From assembly GCA_963664435.2 (NCBI GenBank), contig CAXXKM010000002.1:800001-864000 (forward strand): 64,000 nt of DNA, given 5' to 3'. The DNA is from Longimicrobiales bacterium. GTDB taxonomy: Bacteria > Gemmatimonadota > Gemmatimonadetes > Longimicrobiales > Gaopeijiaceae. Positions 40,411 to 51,656 of the stretch are shown here, one piece after another; positions within the stretch are counted from its first letter, which is position 1, and each line of letters opens with the position of its first letter. The position numbers and the translations under genes were made by a program. A model generated the notes under the pieces. That model did no database searches and was not told the DNA's origin. It worked only from the letters and a program-made list of their open reading frames with translations.

Positions 40411-40824
40411 ATGAGGAAGGGCAGGTTTGGACTCGGCGTCGCACTGGCGCTGGGGGTCGTGCCGTGGTTGGCGGGGTGCCAAGACGAAGAGGCGGCGGCA
40501 CGCCGCGGCTTCTTGCAGCAGTCCAGCGCGGCGCTCGCTCCATCTATCGATCCAGCGATCAGCGAAGCATTCTGGGACTGGCAATACTGTCGCATCATGG
40601 GTGAGCACTACTATGGGGATGCGATTCTCCAAGTGGCTGCTGATCCGGAATGGGCGGATCGGTACATGAGAGAGTTGCTCTCGAGGCAGATCCTGGAATC
40701 GGAGCTGGCTCTCTCGGGGCTTGTGGCTGAGGAGGCTCGACCTCATTGTCCTCTGAATGATGCTTTGGAAGCGAAGCTGGACTCGCTGCATGCTCTGATC
40801 GAAGCGAGACCTGATCAGCAGTAA
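40411..40824 (+). CDS. Hypothetical lipoprotein
   Basis: RBS aaggag; lipobox LAGC. Confidence 0.7.
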   Translation: MRKGRFGLGVALALGVVPWLAGCQDEEAAARRGFLQQSSAALAPSIDPAISEAFWDWQYCRIMGEHYYGDAILQVAADPEWADRYMRELLSRQILESELALSGLVAEEARPHCPLNDALEAKLDSLHALIEARPDQQ

Positions 40825-41164
40825 GCAACGTTGAACATCGCGGTCTGGCAAGGGGCGGCTCCGCCCCCCTTAGACCTCATGGGTTTCCGCGCCACTGTTC
40901 GGCGCGGTGGAGGGCGGGGGCCGCCTCCGGGAACCTCCGTCCGGTCCGCCCGGATCGCTGTCCGCCGACGGCCTGGCCGGACAAGAAGCGACCTTCCCCG
41001 ACCAGCGGGTCTCGCTCCGCCGGGTCGAGCGACTTGGGCCGGGCCGCTTGGTGGGCCCGTCGCGTTGCCGCCGGGACGACGCCGCGCGGCGGGCCGAAAC
41101 GCACTCGGGGCCGACCGCGGCCCGCGAACTCCGAGCGTCAGCGAGGGCGTTGTTTGGGGATCGA

Positions 41165-41243
41165 AGGGGCAAGCCCCTCGCCAGCCCCAAGTGTATTACT
41201 TTGGGTAGGCTGGCTTAACCACCTTAGCGTGGCTAAGCCAGCC
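41165..41243 (+). other. Orphan ColE1-like oriT with nic region duplicated as an inverted repeat
   Basis: GGCTGG^CTTAACCAC (41208-41222) / GTGGCTAAGCCAGCC (41229-41243). Confidence 0.7.
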
Positions 41244-41568
41244 CGGCGGTGCCGCCGGGAAACGCTCCTCCGGGCACCGCCCGGAAGAGTGCCCACCGGG
41301 CGAGCCCGGTGTCCTTCGGCGGCCTGCTTCGAGAGCCGTCCGCCAGCTGCTCCCTAAGCTGTTGTGGCAGCGGGTAGCGCGCTCGCGGATGTAGACCGCC
41401 CCGTTGGCCCGCGGCGGGAGAGGAGATCAGGCCGCATGGTCCTCCGTCGGGCGTGGAGGCCGACAGTCTGGAGACTCCCGCGAATCGAGGGGGCCGGACT
41501 TGCGCCCGCCAGACCCGCAACCGGACCGGCCAACGTCATGGCTGGGACAGCGGGCGGGTTACGGCCAT

Positions 41569-42039
41569 CTATCGGTACCAGTGAACGTTGAGGCTCAAGT
41601 CAACCCAAGCGATGGGAACCATCGGCTCAGAAAAGTCGCGATCCTCCGCTATCAGCATCGCCGGGTCCCACTCCACCCCCGTGTCGTACCACCACGCGCA
41701 CAGCGTGGTCACCATCGTACCGCGCACCAGCGCGTCGTTGCCCCGCAACCTACGGGCATACTCCGGACTGACCGCGATTCCCCGCACCACTGTTTCGCTC
41801 GAGAACAGTGCTCGGTCCATGTAAGGACCGGGGCGGGGGTTGCCGAACATCGACGGATCGCCGTCCTGTTTCCAGAACATTTCCGAGTCCGCCGCGCTGT
41901 CGTACGTCGATACCATGCCGCGGTTGCACGCCATGTTGCGCCACTCCCGGAGCGCGGGACTGCCGACCCTCAACTCCTGAGCCGCCGCGCCGCGCGCGAA
42001 CGCGAGCGCGGCCACGATGATTGCCAGTCTCACAGCCAT
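41569..42039 (-). CDS. Hypothetical secreted protein
   Basis: RBS ggagg; signal peptide ..AAA-Q. Confidence 0.7.
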   Translation of the reverse strand: MAVRLAIIVAALAFARGAAAQELRVGSPALREWRNMACNRGMVSTYDSAADSEMFWKQDGDPSMFGNPRPGPYMDRALFSSETVVRGIAVSPEYARRLRGNDALVRGTMVTTLCAWWYDTGVEWDPAMLIAEDRDFSEPMVPIAWVDLSLNVHWYR

Positions 42040-42059
42040 GCGAACCTCCCACGTCGATT

Positions 42060-42270
42060 CTGAGCGTGTCCCCCATGAAGTTGCACCGCGATCTCGGGAT
42101 ATCGCCGTCCGCCGCGTGGTTCCTCCTCCACCGCATCGGCGGAGGCCTCGCGGACGGGCGGATGACGTTCACCGGCCCCATCAAGGTAGATGAGAGGATT
42201 TCGGCGGGTTGCGCAAGAACATGCCGAAGCACAAGCGCGAGAAGCTAACCGGGCGGGGGCCGAACGTTGA
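42060..42270 (+). mobile_element. IS1595-family transposase remnant
   Basis: VSPMKLHRDLGIS..AAWFLLHRI..FTGPIKVDE..KNMPKHKR. Confidence 0.8.
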
Positions 42271-43479
42271 CGCTGCTCTTCGGCGCGCGCAGCTTGCGCT
42301 TCACGGCGCTCCGCCTCTTGCGCCTGGGCCTCGGAGTTCGGCAGCAGTGATCCGGTGTCTCGGGCATGTCCGAGCGTTCGCCAAGCGACGGAGGACCGAG
42401 ATTGCAAGTACCGAGACGGCCCCCCAGCCAATACATCCAATGCGTTCCGGTTTCGGGGCTGACATGGGCTCCTCCGGGGGGCGTGATGGTGCCGGGCCCG
42501 TCACCATCACCAAGACGGAGGAACCGGCAGAGGGCTGGACCTGCCCCGCTTTCACGGACAGTTGGTTCTTGGGGTTGATGGTGTCTGAGGTGGTTTGCCT
42601 CCCCCGCCGGAGAGGGGCGGCGGAAATCGGACCCTCGTTCGGATGACGGGTCTCCCGGCGTTCGAACGAGGGTGGGCAAGCGAAGCGCGGCAGCCCGCCG
42701 CCAGGTCGGCACGCGAGCCGGCCGCCACGAGATCACGGGTCCGCAGCACGCCGGGATGCGGGCACGAAGCCTATCGCGCAGGTGCGGGAACGTGGTGAGG
42801 ACGATCCAACGCGTCATTGCCACGGAGGCGGAGGGCGTGCACCTTCGCCTTGCAAAACCGTCGCAGCCTCGGCTGGCGGCGGTTCCCCCCGTCTTCCCAT
42901 CGGGAGCCAGTCCCGATGGGAAGACGGGGGTTATGTTCCTACTGGGCCTGATCAACGAGAATAGGACCGCCTCCGTGAGTGAGCCGATTCCCGCCAATCG
43001 AACCCGTTTTCCCGCTGTCGCGGCACGATCCAGCGGAGTCCAGTCCAACGGCAGAAAACGCAGATCGTGCAGTCCTGTATGACTTTACGTGATCTCTTGC
43101 CGGGATTCGGACCTCGTGTGCTCCGCCGTTACGTCAGGGTTGTCGCATTGTTGCCATCCAGGAACGGGCGCAGGCTCATCGGGTCCGAGCTCAGCTGCCG
43201 GGCGTAGGCCGCCGTGGCGATGAGCCATCGGGTCGCGCCGGTTGCGTACCCGTCGTGATCGTAGCGGAAGAAGTCGTCCGGGCCCGCCGGCCCCGAACGA
43301 CGCAGCGCCGCGTTAAGCAGCCTGGTGGTCTCCTCGTGGCCATGGTGTGACTCGGTCACGCGCGCGTGAGAGAAGGAGGCCTCCCACTCGGTGGCGCCAC
43401 CGGCTCCCGATGTCCATCTCCGCGTCATCCGGCCCGACTAGGAGTCGGGGAAGCCGGCGACAGCCCTCCTCCGGCGATC

Positions 43480-44434
43480 TCTCGGCCTTCTTCCACCAGT
43501 CCCGCGCCAGCGAGCGGCTCATGCACGCGAAGGAATCCTTCGGCGCGGCCAGCAGGGGCGCGTCCCCAATCCCGGGGTTGTGCCTCCGCGCTTCCTCCAA
43601 GGCTGCGAGCGCCTTGGAGGTGACCGGCGTCCGGTGCTCGTAACCGGTCTTCTCGTGCTCTCCCCGCCACCGGATGGTCCGGCCATCGAGGTCGATGTCG
43701 GCCCAACGAAGCTGCCGAATGGCACCGATTCGGTGCCCGGTCTCGTGGGCGAGCACCAAGGCCACTCGGAACCGCCAGTTCACCTGGGCGGACACTCCGA
43801 GCAACGCTTCATACTCTGTCTGGGTGAGCACCACCCGCCTCGGATTCTTCTCCTTTGGCAGCTTGAGGCCCCGGAGTGGGTTGGATTCGAGGAGGAGCCG
43901 TCCCTCCTCGTCCCTCGATTTCGCGGCCCAATTGAGAATCGCGAGTAGCAGCCTCAGATCGTATTCGATCGTCCGTTCGGACACGGGTCTGCGGCTACCG
44001 CCGGCCTTTCCCACGCGCCGCGCCCGGATGAAGCGGTCCCAGTCGCGTTGCGAAAGGGTCTCGGCCTTCCGGTGCCTCCCGAAGAACCGAAGGAACCTCC
44101 TCATCATGGCCCGGTCGTGGTTCTGCGACCGCCTGCTCTTCGTGGGGGTGACCTCTTCACCGTAGATTTCAAACAGCGTTTCCAGGGTGAGGGACACCGA
44201 CGCGGCTTTCGCCGTGTCCGTGGTCACGGGCTCGGCGAGTCCGGCGGCGATCTTATCCGCCTGCCGCTTGGCCCGGTTCCAGTTACGGTGTTTCAGCGAC
44301 CGGGTGAGCCTGCGTCCGTTCTCGCGCCACTCGACCTGGATGATGCCGGTTCTGGGATCGGTAAAGACCCGGACCCGATTCCGGCCCCATTCGCCAGCGC
44401 TGTACGAGCGCCGACTTCGTTTTGTGCGTGCCAT
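43480..44434 (-). pseudogene. Integrase Int-3, 3'-truncated (no HxxR or catalytic Tyr)
   Basis: Similarity ends at WWKKAER and reads into the OMP fragment. Confidence 0.88.
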
Positions 44435-44571
44435 CATTCGATTCCTCTCGTGATGGACCGCACGATCTGCGCGGTTGAAACTTCGCTTCGGCAAGGCGTC
44501 TCCGCCAGACGGGCGGTCGGCGGCGCGCCGGGCGCTGCGGCGTTGGCGTGGCAAGCGACTGGACGCCATGG

Positions 44572-46140
44572 TCAGCGGCTCGGACCCTGATCGCGGTCCG
44601 GTCCCGGGCGGCGCATCAGATACGGAGGCCGCGCGGTCTCGCGACGGCGGATGTCCCGGAATACTCGGCCAAGCGTGTCGCCAGCGCGTCGAGCCGCTCG
44701 ATTCGCATCAGCAAGGCTTCGTACTCCGCGCTCTGCCGCTCGACGTGCTGCCGCAAGGCTTCGATCTGCCCGCTTTGCCGCTCGACGTGCCCTTGCAAGG
44801 CTTCGACCTGCCCGCAGTGCCGCCGCTGTTCCGTTTCGTACTGCTCGGACAACTTCCGCAAGGCCCTCGTCAACTGCTCCTCTAACGCTGTCATAGACCT
44901 CCTTCACTCGTTGGACAGCTTCAACGCCGGACGATCCCCATCCACCCACCAAGGTGGATCGGCCAGCACCCCGTCCGGCACCACCACGAACCGCTCGCCC
45001 TTGATCTCGTGGAACACGAGCCCCCAGGTGTCCACCTCCAGTTGGGCCAGCGTCCGCCGGGCGTCCTCGATGTCCCGGTTCAGTTCGGCGCGGGTCACGA
45101 TCCGGTCCTGGATGCTGCTCGCCAACCAGCGCATCGTCGCCCAGCTTCCGCCGAAGAAACCGATCCAAAGACTCAGGCCGACGATCAGCGGCCGTTGCCA
45201 CGCCTTGGCCAGCAATTCGCGCATCTTGCCGGTCGCCTCCTCCGTATCGCGCTCGATGGTACGCAGCGCGTTCCTCGCGACGCGCCGCGAGTTCTTGGCG
45301 AGCCGTTCGAGCTCGCTCGCGGTCAACTCCTCGATCTCCCGGCGCTCGCTCTTCAGCCGGCTCCGCAGCCTCTCGGTCAAATCGTTCGCGGTCGAAGTTC
45401 TCTCCATACAGTTCTCCTTTCAGCCGCCACCGGTCCCCGGTCTCGGGGTCCAGCGCGGTGAGGTAGTCCTTGCCCTGGCGCGGCACTTCGAGGCCCGCCT
45501 CCCGCAGTGCGGAGACGACATCGGCACGGTTCCGCACAGTGCCGTGCTCGACGCGCTGGAGCAGGTAGTCCCGGATCAGATCGCGGGGTGAGGATTCGAG
45601 CCGAAGCCCGGTCCGCAGCTGCGCCGCTTCGATGTAGGCGCGGTGGCCGGGCTGCTGCACTCTGGCCCTGGCCGGATCGTCGGGACGGCTCCAGCCGTGT
45701 TCGTGGTTGAAGGTGTCGCGAAGCGGATCGAACGTCCTCCGCCATCCCGGAGGCGCGATGTTGAGGCTCCGGCCGGTCTCCAGGTCGCACCGTGCGGCAA
45801 GGACATGCACGTGCGCGCCGCCGCCCTCCTCGCGGTGCAGCACGGCCGCCCACGCGTATCGGTCGGGCTCCAGCCCCGCCCAAGCCGTCTTCTCGAACAG
45901 GTCGAGCACCGCCTCGATCTGCTCGTCGGTGGGGTGGTCGTCCGGCGCCCAAGCGATCACGCCGGAGGTGTACCTGTGCTCGAAGTCGAGCGAGTCGGCC
46001 ACCGCGGCCACCATGTCCGGATTCCCCCGCAGCACCTCGACGCCCTCGCGCGGCTTCCCGGCAGCGTCCCGCTCCCCCAAGAGGTAGCCAGCCGCCTTGC
46101 CGGCCGAGCCGGTCCCGTGCGCCAGGAACTTAATGTGCAT
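44572..46140 (-). CDS. mobA: ColE1-type relaxase (copy 2)
   Basis: Close paralog of 36197-37798. Confidence 0.9.
   Translation of the reverse strand: MHIKFLAHGTGSAGKAAGYLLGERDAAGKPREGVEVLRGNPDMVAAVADSLDFEHRYTSGVIAWAPDDHPTDEQIEAVLDLFEKTAWAGLEPDRYAWAAVLHREEGGGAHVHVLAARCDLETGRSLNIAPPGWRRTFDPLRDTFNHEHGWSRPDDPARARVQQPGHRAYIEAAQLRTGLRLESSPRDLIRDYLLQRVEHGTVRNRADVVSALREAGLEVPRQGKDYLTALDPETGDRWRLKGELYGENFDRERFDREAAEPAEERAPGDRGVDRERARTARQELAARREERAAYHRARYGGGDRQDARIAGQGVATAADRRPESLDRFLRRKLGDDALVGEQHPGPDRDPRRTEPGHRGRPADAGPTGGGHLGARVPRDQGRAVRGGAGRGAGRSTLVGGWGSSGVEAVQRVKEVYDSVRGAVDEGLAEVVRAVRNGTAAALRAGRSLARARRAAKRADRSLAAARRAAERGVRSLADANRAARRAGDTLGRVFRDIRRRETARPPYLMRRPGPDRDQGPSR
44616..44894 (-). CDS. mobD: MbeD-like protein (copy 2)
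   Basis: MTALEEQLTRAL.. Confidence 0.7.
   Translation of the reverse strand: MTALEEQLTRALRKLSEQYETEQRRHCGQVEALQGHVERQSGQIEALRQHVERQSAEYEALLMRIERLDALATRLAEYSGTSAVARPRGLRI
44904..45407 (-). CDS. mobB: MbeB-like protein (copy 2)
   Basis: Paralog of 36930-37436. Confidence 0.72.
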   Translation of the reverse strand: MERTSTANDLTERLRSRLKSERREIEELTASELERLAKNSRRVARNALRTIERDTEEATGKMRELLAKAWQRPLIVGLSLWIGFFGGSWATMRWLASSIQDRIVTRAELNRDIEDARRTLAQLEVDTWGLVFHEIKGERFVVVPDGVLADPPWWVDGDRPALKLSNE

Positions 46141-46469
46141 CGCGCTCCGGGCTCTCGAAGCGAGCCAGCTCGCCGAGCGCGCGCTCGACGGCGACCAGAC
46201 GGGCGATCACCTCGACGGCTTCGGCCGACCCCTTGTGGGTGTTCGCCCAGCGAGCGATCTGGTTGAGGTTGTTGCCGATGCGGCCGACCTCCCGGGTGCG
46301 CTCGCGCTCGACCTCGGCCGCGCGGGCCGTCCAGGTCCGCGTACGGGCCATGGCTCGCCGGATGAGCGCTGACAGGGGCACGCCCGCGGACTGCGGCCTT
46401 GGACCGCCAGTCGGCGAACTCGGTCGCCGATACGCGGGCGGTGACGACGGCGGTGCGGCGCTCAGGCAT
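46130..46469 (-). pseudogene. mobC: mobC with a frameshift near 46390
   Basis: MPERRTAVVTARVS.. and ..LSALIRR..GNNLNQIARWAN are in different frames. Confidence 0.8.
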
Positions 46470-46564
46470 CACGACGCACCGGCGCGGGGGGAAGGGGGCG
46501 GCGCCCCCATGCGCGACCGCCACGGGAGCGCGACGCGCGGGGGGTTCGAAGGGGGGGCGGGAGC

Positions 46565-46612
46565 CATCCCCTCGCCAGCCCCGTTGTATGACAACGGGTA
46601 GGCTGGCTTACC
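46565..46612 (+). other. ColE1-like oriT of IME-3
   Basis: CCAGCC-CCGTTGT-atg-ACAACGG-gta-GGCTGG^CTTA upstream of mobC. Confidence 0.75.
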
Positions 46613-47551
46613 GGGCTTAACCGCGTCAGACACCCCCGTCGCCGGCGTGTCCGAGACCCGGCGGCGACCGCCGGCCCTGCGGTGGCGGAGCTCCCCCGCG
46701 AACGCTTCGGAGAAGCCGTTCAACGGGCCTGGCGAAGCGCGGTCGGCGGCGGGATGGAGGCTCGCGATGCGGGGCCGTTCATGTACCCGGGAAACCGGAT
46801 CGGCGACCGGTCCCCGCCAGCGCCCCTGTCGAGGGGCACGGGCATCGATTCCGCCGTGGGGTGGATCAATCTGAACTACGCGTCTCCTCCCGCGTTTCGT
46901 CTCGTCTGGTCGCACTACCCTTCCACCCTTCGGTGACCCGAAGGGCGACACTTTACGGACTTGACCCGCAATTGGTTTCATCCTGGCTCTCCCGCGTTAG
47001 CGGGCAGGTCCGCGCACCGATGCGAGGAACCCTCCGTCAGCGTCGTCATACCTACAAGTCAGGAGGCCGAATCCGACCGTGTCAACTGCGCCGGAATCGG
47101 CGATGTCCAGGGGGTTCCAGCGTCGTCCCGAAGACTGAATTGACGCCGCCAGCGGCACCTCCTTCGCCCTTCCGACGCCTCACACGAGGCGCAACCATGT
47201 CCGGCCCGATTGCGGCTCTGTGGTCCTTAGGATTGTCGATCGCGTAGTCCTCTACCGTGACTTGCCGAAGCTCAACGCCGTAAAGGGCGGGGACGGCCGC
47301 CGGTCTAGCGACGGTCGCCGCGGGAGAGGTCGACGGCCCGGTCGTCGCTGGTGCATGTCGCGACCTCAGCGGAGCAGTGCGTCGTCTCCAGAAGCCGTGT
47401 GCCGTGGATGCTGTGGTTGCTGTCGATCCTCAAGCCTGTGGGAAGAGCGAGGCCGTCCTCTTCCCTCAAGTAAGGGTTGCCCAGGGGGGAGATCGTGCGC
47501 GAAGCTTCGAGGGCTGTCTGGCGGTAGAAGTCTGGCTTACTGGAGGAGATG

Positions 47552-47806
47552 ATGCCGAAGCTGTACGTGGCCCACAACGTGCCGTGCAAGGTGTGCGGGA
47601 AGGGGCTGTTGAGTATCCCTCCGCTACTGCCTACAGAGGAGGAAGCCAATGCGTGGGGAGAGCAGGAGTTTCGGCGTCTCGCGCCGGGGAAGCAGTTGGC
47701 CTTCAAGGCGCGCACTTGTTCGGGACAGTGCTACGCTGCCTTGCCATCGTGGCGGCGGATCGCGCTCAAATCGCTACCTTTTCTCGCCGGGCGGCTCGGC
47801 TTCTAG
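47552..47806 (+). CDS. Small Cys-rich (CxxC..CxxxC) hypothetical protein
   Basis: Strong RBS ggaggag. Confidence 0.5.
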   Translation: MPKLYVAHNVPCKVCGKGLLSIPPLLPTEEEANAWGEQEFRRLAPGKQLAFKARTCSGQCYAALPSWRRIALKSLPFLAGRLGF

Positions 47807-47990
47807 CTTCACTACTAGGCGGACGCGCACCAAGGCCTTCCTAGTAGCGCGCTGTGAAGTTAAGTCTAGGGAAGTCGTTCACTGAAGCTCCGGTTGCGTA
47901 GCTGGGAGCGGTGGAGGGTCCTCAGCTTCTCACACCTGGGATACGCGGCTCAGCCGTCCATGAACTGCCGCCGCTCAAACGATCCTAGGC

Positions 47991-50458
47991 TCATCGAGCG
48001 GAGGCGGTGGGCGCTCCGGCGATCGCGCGCAACCTTCCGCATTGCTCGATCAGCCATTCGGCGGCCTCCGGCCATTCGTCTTCGTCGTCACGCGTCCAGC
48101 GTCTTCGGACCGCGACTGACCAGCCTTTCACACTGTTTTGCTCCACATTGTCGTCGACATCCTGATCGGCCATCTGCTCGAAGATCATCCAGGAGTACTT
48201 CCGCATCCGAGCGGTTCTCTCGTGCGATGCCTTGCTTTCCCCGGATCGCACATAGAGCCAGAGCCTCTCTGGGTTTCCGACGTAGATCCCGATAACGTCA
48301 CCGTGCGAGTTGAAGGGATCGGTCCACTGCGTTGCCCCCCTCCACGTATCCTTTTGTCCGGGAACGCCGCCGAAACTCTTCTTGAGGAACCTCCAGAAGG
48401 CTTGTGTCCGACTCTTCTCCTCGAACTCGACTTCGACCGCCACGCCGCATCGCTCCCCCATCTTCCGGCAATGGTCGGCACTCGCGCGGTAGTCCTGACG
48501 GTACGGGTACAGCACGTAGTCCTCATGGCCGGGGACTGCGCGCATGGTCAGGGTTCCCGCCGTGGTCCCAGCCGGATAGCGCTTAGCCAAGTGAAGATTC
48601 GAGCTGATCGCTTCCCCTGACAGTCTCTCAGCGTTCTTCGGATCCAGGCTGAGTAGGGCTGCCGCTACGCTCAGCAACATTTGGCTCGCACTGCTTTCCT
48701 CATGCCAAGCCCCATCCCCAACACGCCACCTGAGGCTCGCCGACGCGACCTTCGTGCGGCTCGCGGACCCGGCCCCGTCCTGCCAGGGCCAGCGGGCCAA
48801 CGCCCGCCCCGCCAAGTCCGCAGCCCGCCGTTCAATCGCGGCCTCGTTCCAGTCGTCCTCGCCCGCGAGCCGTCTCGTCAGCCCGATCGAACTCCGGCGG
48901 TACACCCTGCGCTTGGCGTCGAACGTATCCGTGCCCATTTCGGAATTGGTGACATCGCCGCTCAGCGTCAAGTTGGGGAGCCGGTCCCGATACCGCCCGT
49001 GTACTTCCTCGGCATCGCCGCCCAACGCTTTCTTCCAGTCGTCAGTCAGCTTCTGCGGCATCACATGCTCGATCGTCAGATGGTCGCGGGCCGGTGCTTC
49101 CTCACGGTGCTCGGCCTCCATGAGCGCACACAGAACCGCGAACGACGACCGGGTGGCGCTGCCTCCGTAGGCCTTACGGCTCCGAAGTCCTTCCCGAACC
49201 TCCTCGTCGTTGGGTATCCCGACGCGCGTGTTCCGAAGCCTACGAATCCGATTTAGCCAGTACTCCGCAACGTCATCCCCAGCATCAGGTCCTGGTCCAT
49301 GGGCGAGGTCTACGATCGCCCTGTTCATCCCGGCGGTCGCCCGGTCCGCGAGCCACAAGCGGGTGGTCCACATCGCGATCCCCGAAAGGGTGGTTGCGAG
49401 GTCGTTCATCTGCGCTCCGGGAGCAGCGGGTTCGCCCGAGTCATTTAGGAGTCGCAACGTCAGCGGACGGTGAATGTCGATCCCCATCACGCGTAGGTGG
49501 CGGAGTTCTCGTTCGACTTTAGAGTTGGGGTGCGCGCCCGCCGTGCCGATCACGATGCCGTACAGCCCTGCGAGCCGGGCCAGATCACGGCACAGGGCCG
49601 GTCGCTCCACAGAAAGCTCCTTTCGCAATGCCCACCGGCGAAGGGCTTCGTAGACGTGATCGATGCCTTGAACCTTCCCCGTCCACCAGCGAAGGACATC
49701 CCGAAGGAAGATGTCGGTGGGCTCAGTTGTGTGCTCGGCGCCCAGACTTCGCTCGATCCGCTTCCAATGGTTGTCGTGGAGATCCTGTTGCTGCTCGTCC
49801 GGCAATCCCATGAGGAGCCAGTTCTTGACCTTCTCGCTCTCCGTGAGAGGTCGGCCGGTCGCATTCAGGCTCTCGAAGATCTGCTGCGGATCGTCGCCGC
49901 CAGCGAGCCCGATGCTCACCACCCGAAGCCGTTCGAGTCCCCTCAGTAGGCGGGCGACTTCGTTTCGCGCAACGAGGCGGCGGGCGACTCTCCAAGCCTG
50001 CGCTACCGCCCCGGCACCCGTTGGACGGCCATCAAGGCCGAGTCGATACTCTTCCTCGTCGCCGTTCTGAAGCCTCAGCTTGCGCAGTTTGTCCGGGCGC
50101 TTTCCAGGATTCGTGAGCCGATCATTGCGGATGATGGCTGCCGTCCAGTCCCCGCATTGGCCCTTGGGTCCGAGCTTTTCCGCTATGCACCCAGGAGGAT
50201 GCTCACGGTCGTCAGCCTCTGCTGACCATCCACGACACGGATGGTCTTGACCACGCCAGCGGCACCGGGATCCGGGAAGGTGAGCAGGTTCCCGGCGTAG
50301 TGTGTTGCGTCGGGGCCCGCGTCCGCGACGGTCAGGAGATCCTCTACCAGCCGCTCGATATCGGATTGGCCCCAGCGATATCGCCGCTGCCAGCGCGGCA
50401 CCACGTATTGGACCTGTCCGTTGAAGAGTTCCAAGAACTCGATTGGGTGGGCAAACAT
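47991..50458 (-). pseudogene. GmrSD-like DUF262-DUF1524 endonuclease with a single frameshift near 50190
   Basis: VPRWQRRYRW, VVDGQQRLTT, IFESLNATG, TIEHVMPQ..LPNLTL..NS. Confidence 0.85.
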
Positions 50459-50850
50459 GGACTCGCTTCCGTTCCTCACGATGGGTAGGGTGACCGATGG
50501 ACCAGCGTCCTATCGCCAAGAGTGGTCCGAAAGCTAGGGGCCACCGTAGGGACAGAGACGGGATGGCCGCCCAAGTATGACCTCTGCCGAAGTGGTGGGC
50601 AATCGCCGGTCGACGCCCCCTCGACATCCATGCTGCTCGCGGCGCCGCTGCCGTAGCGGCCTGCCCTCACCCTACGTCGAAACGCGGGATCAGCGGGCGG
50701 AGGGGGTGGCGGTTGGCAACAGGGTCGGTTCGTCCCAGGCCCTTGGCCCGGACACTAGATGGGATACCTTTAGCGTCGGCGTGAAGGCCGACGCAGTACA
50801 TGCTGACCTTTCAAGGACGGAGGCCGACGCGCGTCGGCACGGAGAACACA

Positions 50851-51477
50851 ATGGAGTCGTGTTTCATCTACTGGGACAATTCGAACATCTTCCACGAAGC
50901 TCAGCGGCTTGCCGAGGAGCGAGCCGAAGGTCCGGGCGCACGCTATCGGGTGCGAGTCCACTTTGACAGCCTGCTAGTACTCGCGAACGCAGGCCGGCCC
51001 GTCGAGCGGGCGTTCGCCGTCGGGTCGATTCCGCCCGAATTGCGTCAGCTCTGGAACCGAATGGAGGCCAACGATATCGAGGTGAAGTTGTTTGACCGGG
51101 GTGATCCGCACCGTGGTGAGCAGGACGTTCCGGACCGTCTTCTCCAACTGCGGATGCTCGAAGATGCGCTGGACTACAACGGCGATCCCGGAATTGCCGT
51201 ACTCCTCAGCGGCGATGGGGCTGGCTATCTCGAAGGTGCGGGTTTCCACCGGACGCTTGAGCGCATGCACAGCAGAGGGTGGCGTATCGAGATTCTGTCT
51301 TGGGCTCATTCCTGCAACCAGCGTATGCGGCGCTGGGCAGAGGAGCACGGAGTCTTCGTTGCGCTCGACGATTTCTACGAAGAGATCACCTTCATGGAGC
51401 CATCGAGTCCGGGCCACGAATTCGCTCTCCCAAGATCCCAAGCGCCACTCGACCTGTCCCGCCGTCCAATCTCCTAA
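50851..51477 (+). CDS. NYN (PIN-like) domain protein
   Basis: IYWDNSNI, EQDVPD, LLSGDG, GWRIEILSW. Confidence 0.88.
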   Translation: MESCFIYWDNSNIFHEAQRLAEERAEGPGARYRVRVHFDSLLVLANAGRPVERAFAVGSIPPELRQLWNRMEANDIEVKLFDRGDPHRGEQDVPDRLLQLRMLEDALDYNGDPGIAVLLSGDGAGYLEGAGFHRTLERMHSRGWRIEILSWAHSCNQRMRRWAEEHGVFVALDDFYEEITFMEPSSPGHEFALPRSQAPLDLSRRPIS

Positions 51478-51656
51478 CGCGAATGTTCTGCGGACTGGTC
51501 CGTCCACTCGCAGCGGCGCTCGAACCGCCTTCCCAACAGGGAATTTCTGGACGGGGAGTATCCATGTCAAGCGGATGCCCGATTTTCTTGGAGCGACGTG
51601 TCTCGCAGCGCCCCTCGCGATGCTTCCGTTGCGGTGCCCGTTCTTGCCCGGCTCGA

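Larger units (their letters stand above)
30847..43133. mobile_element. IME-1: integrative element bounded by 7-bp direct repeat CGTTACG (contains nested IME-2)
   Basis: CGTTACG at 30847-30853 and 43127-43133; flanks rejoin into AACCCTAA-core-TCAGGGTT; paired TCCCGC arm sites at 30914-30936 and 42986-43015. Confidence 0.85.
43480..46615 (-). mobile_element. IME-3: inverted relative of IME-2, att-proximal end deleted, far end not located
   Basis: oriT-mobC-mobA(B,D)-int colinear with 35770-38850. Confidence 0.8.

Noticed and set aside
42535..42570. IS3-like terminal repeat TGGACCTGCCCC
   Set aside because: No partner end or transposase visible; too weak to call.
46620..47500. Distal att arm of IME-3
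   Set aside because: CTCCCGC words occur, but the GCACGATCTGCG box and arm spacing are absent.
47530..47542. CTGGCTTAC nic-like motif
   Set aside because: Lacks the upstream CCAG hairpin present at the other five sites.
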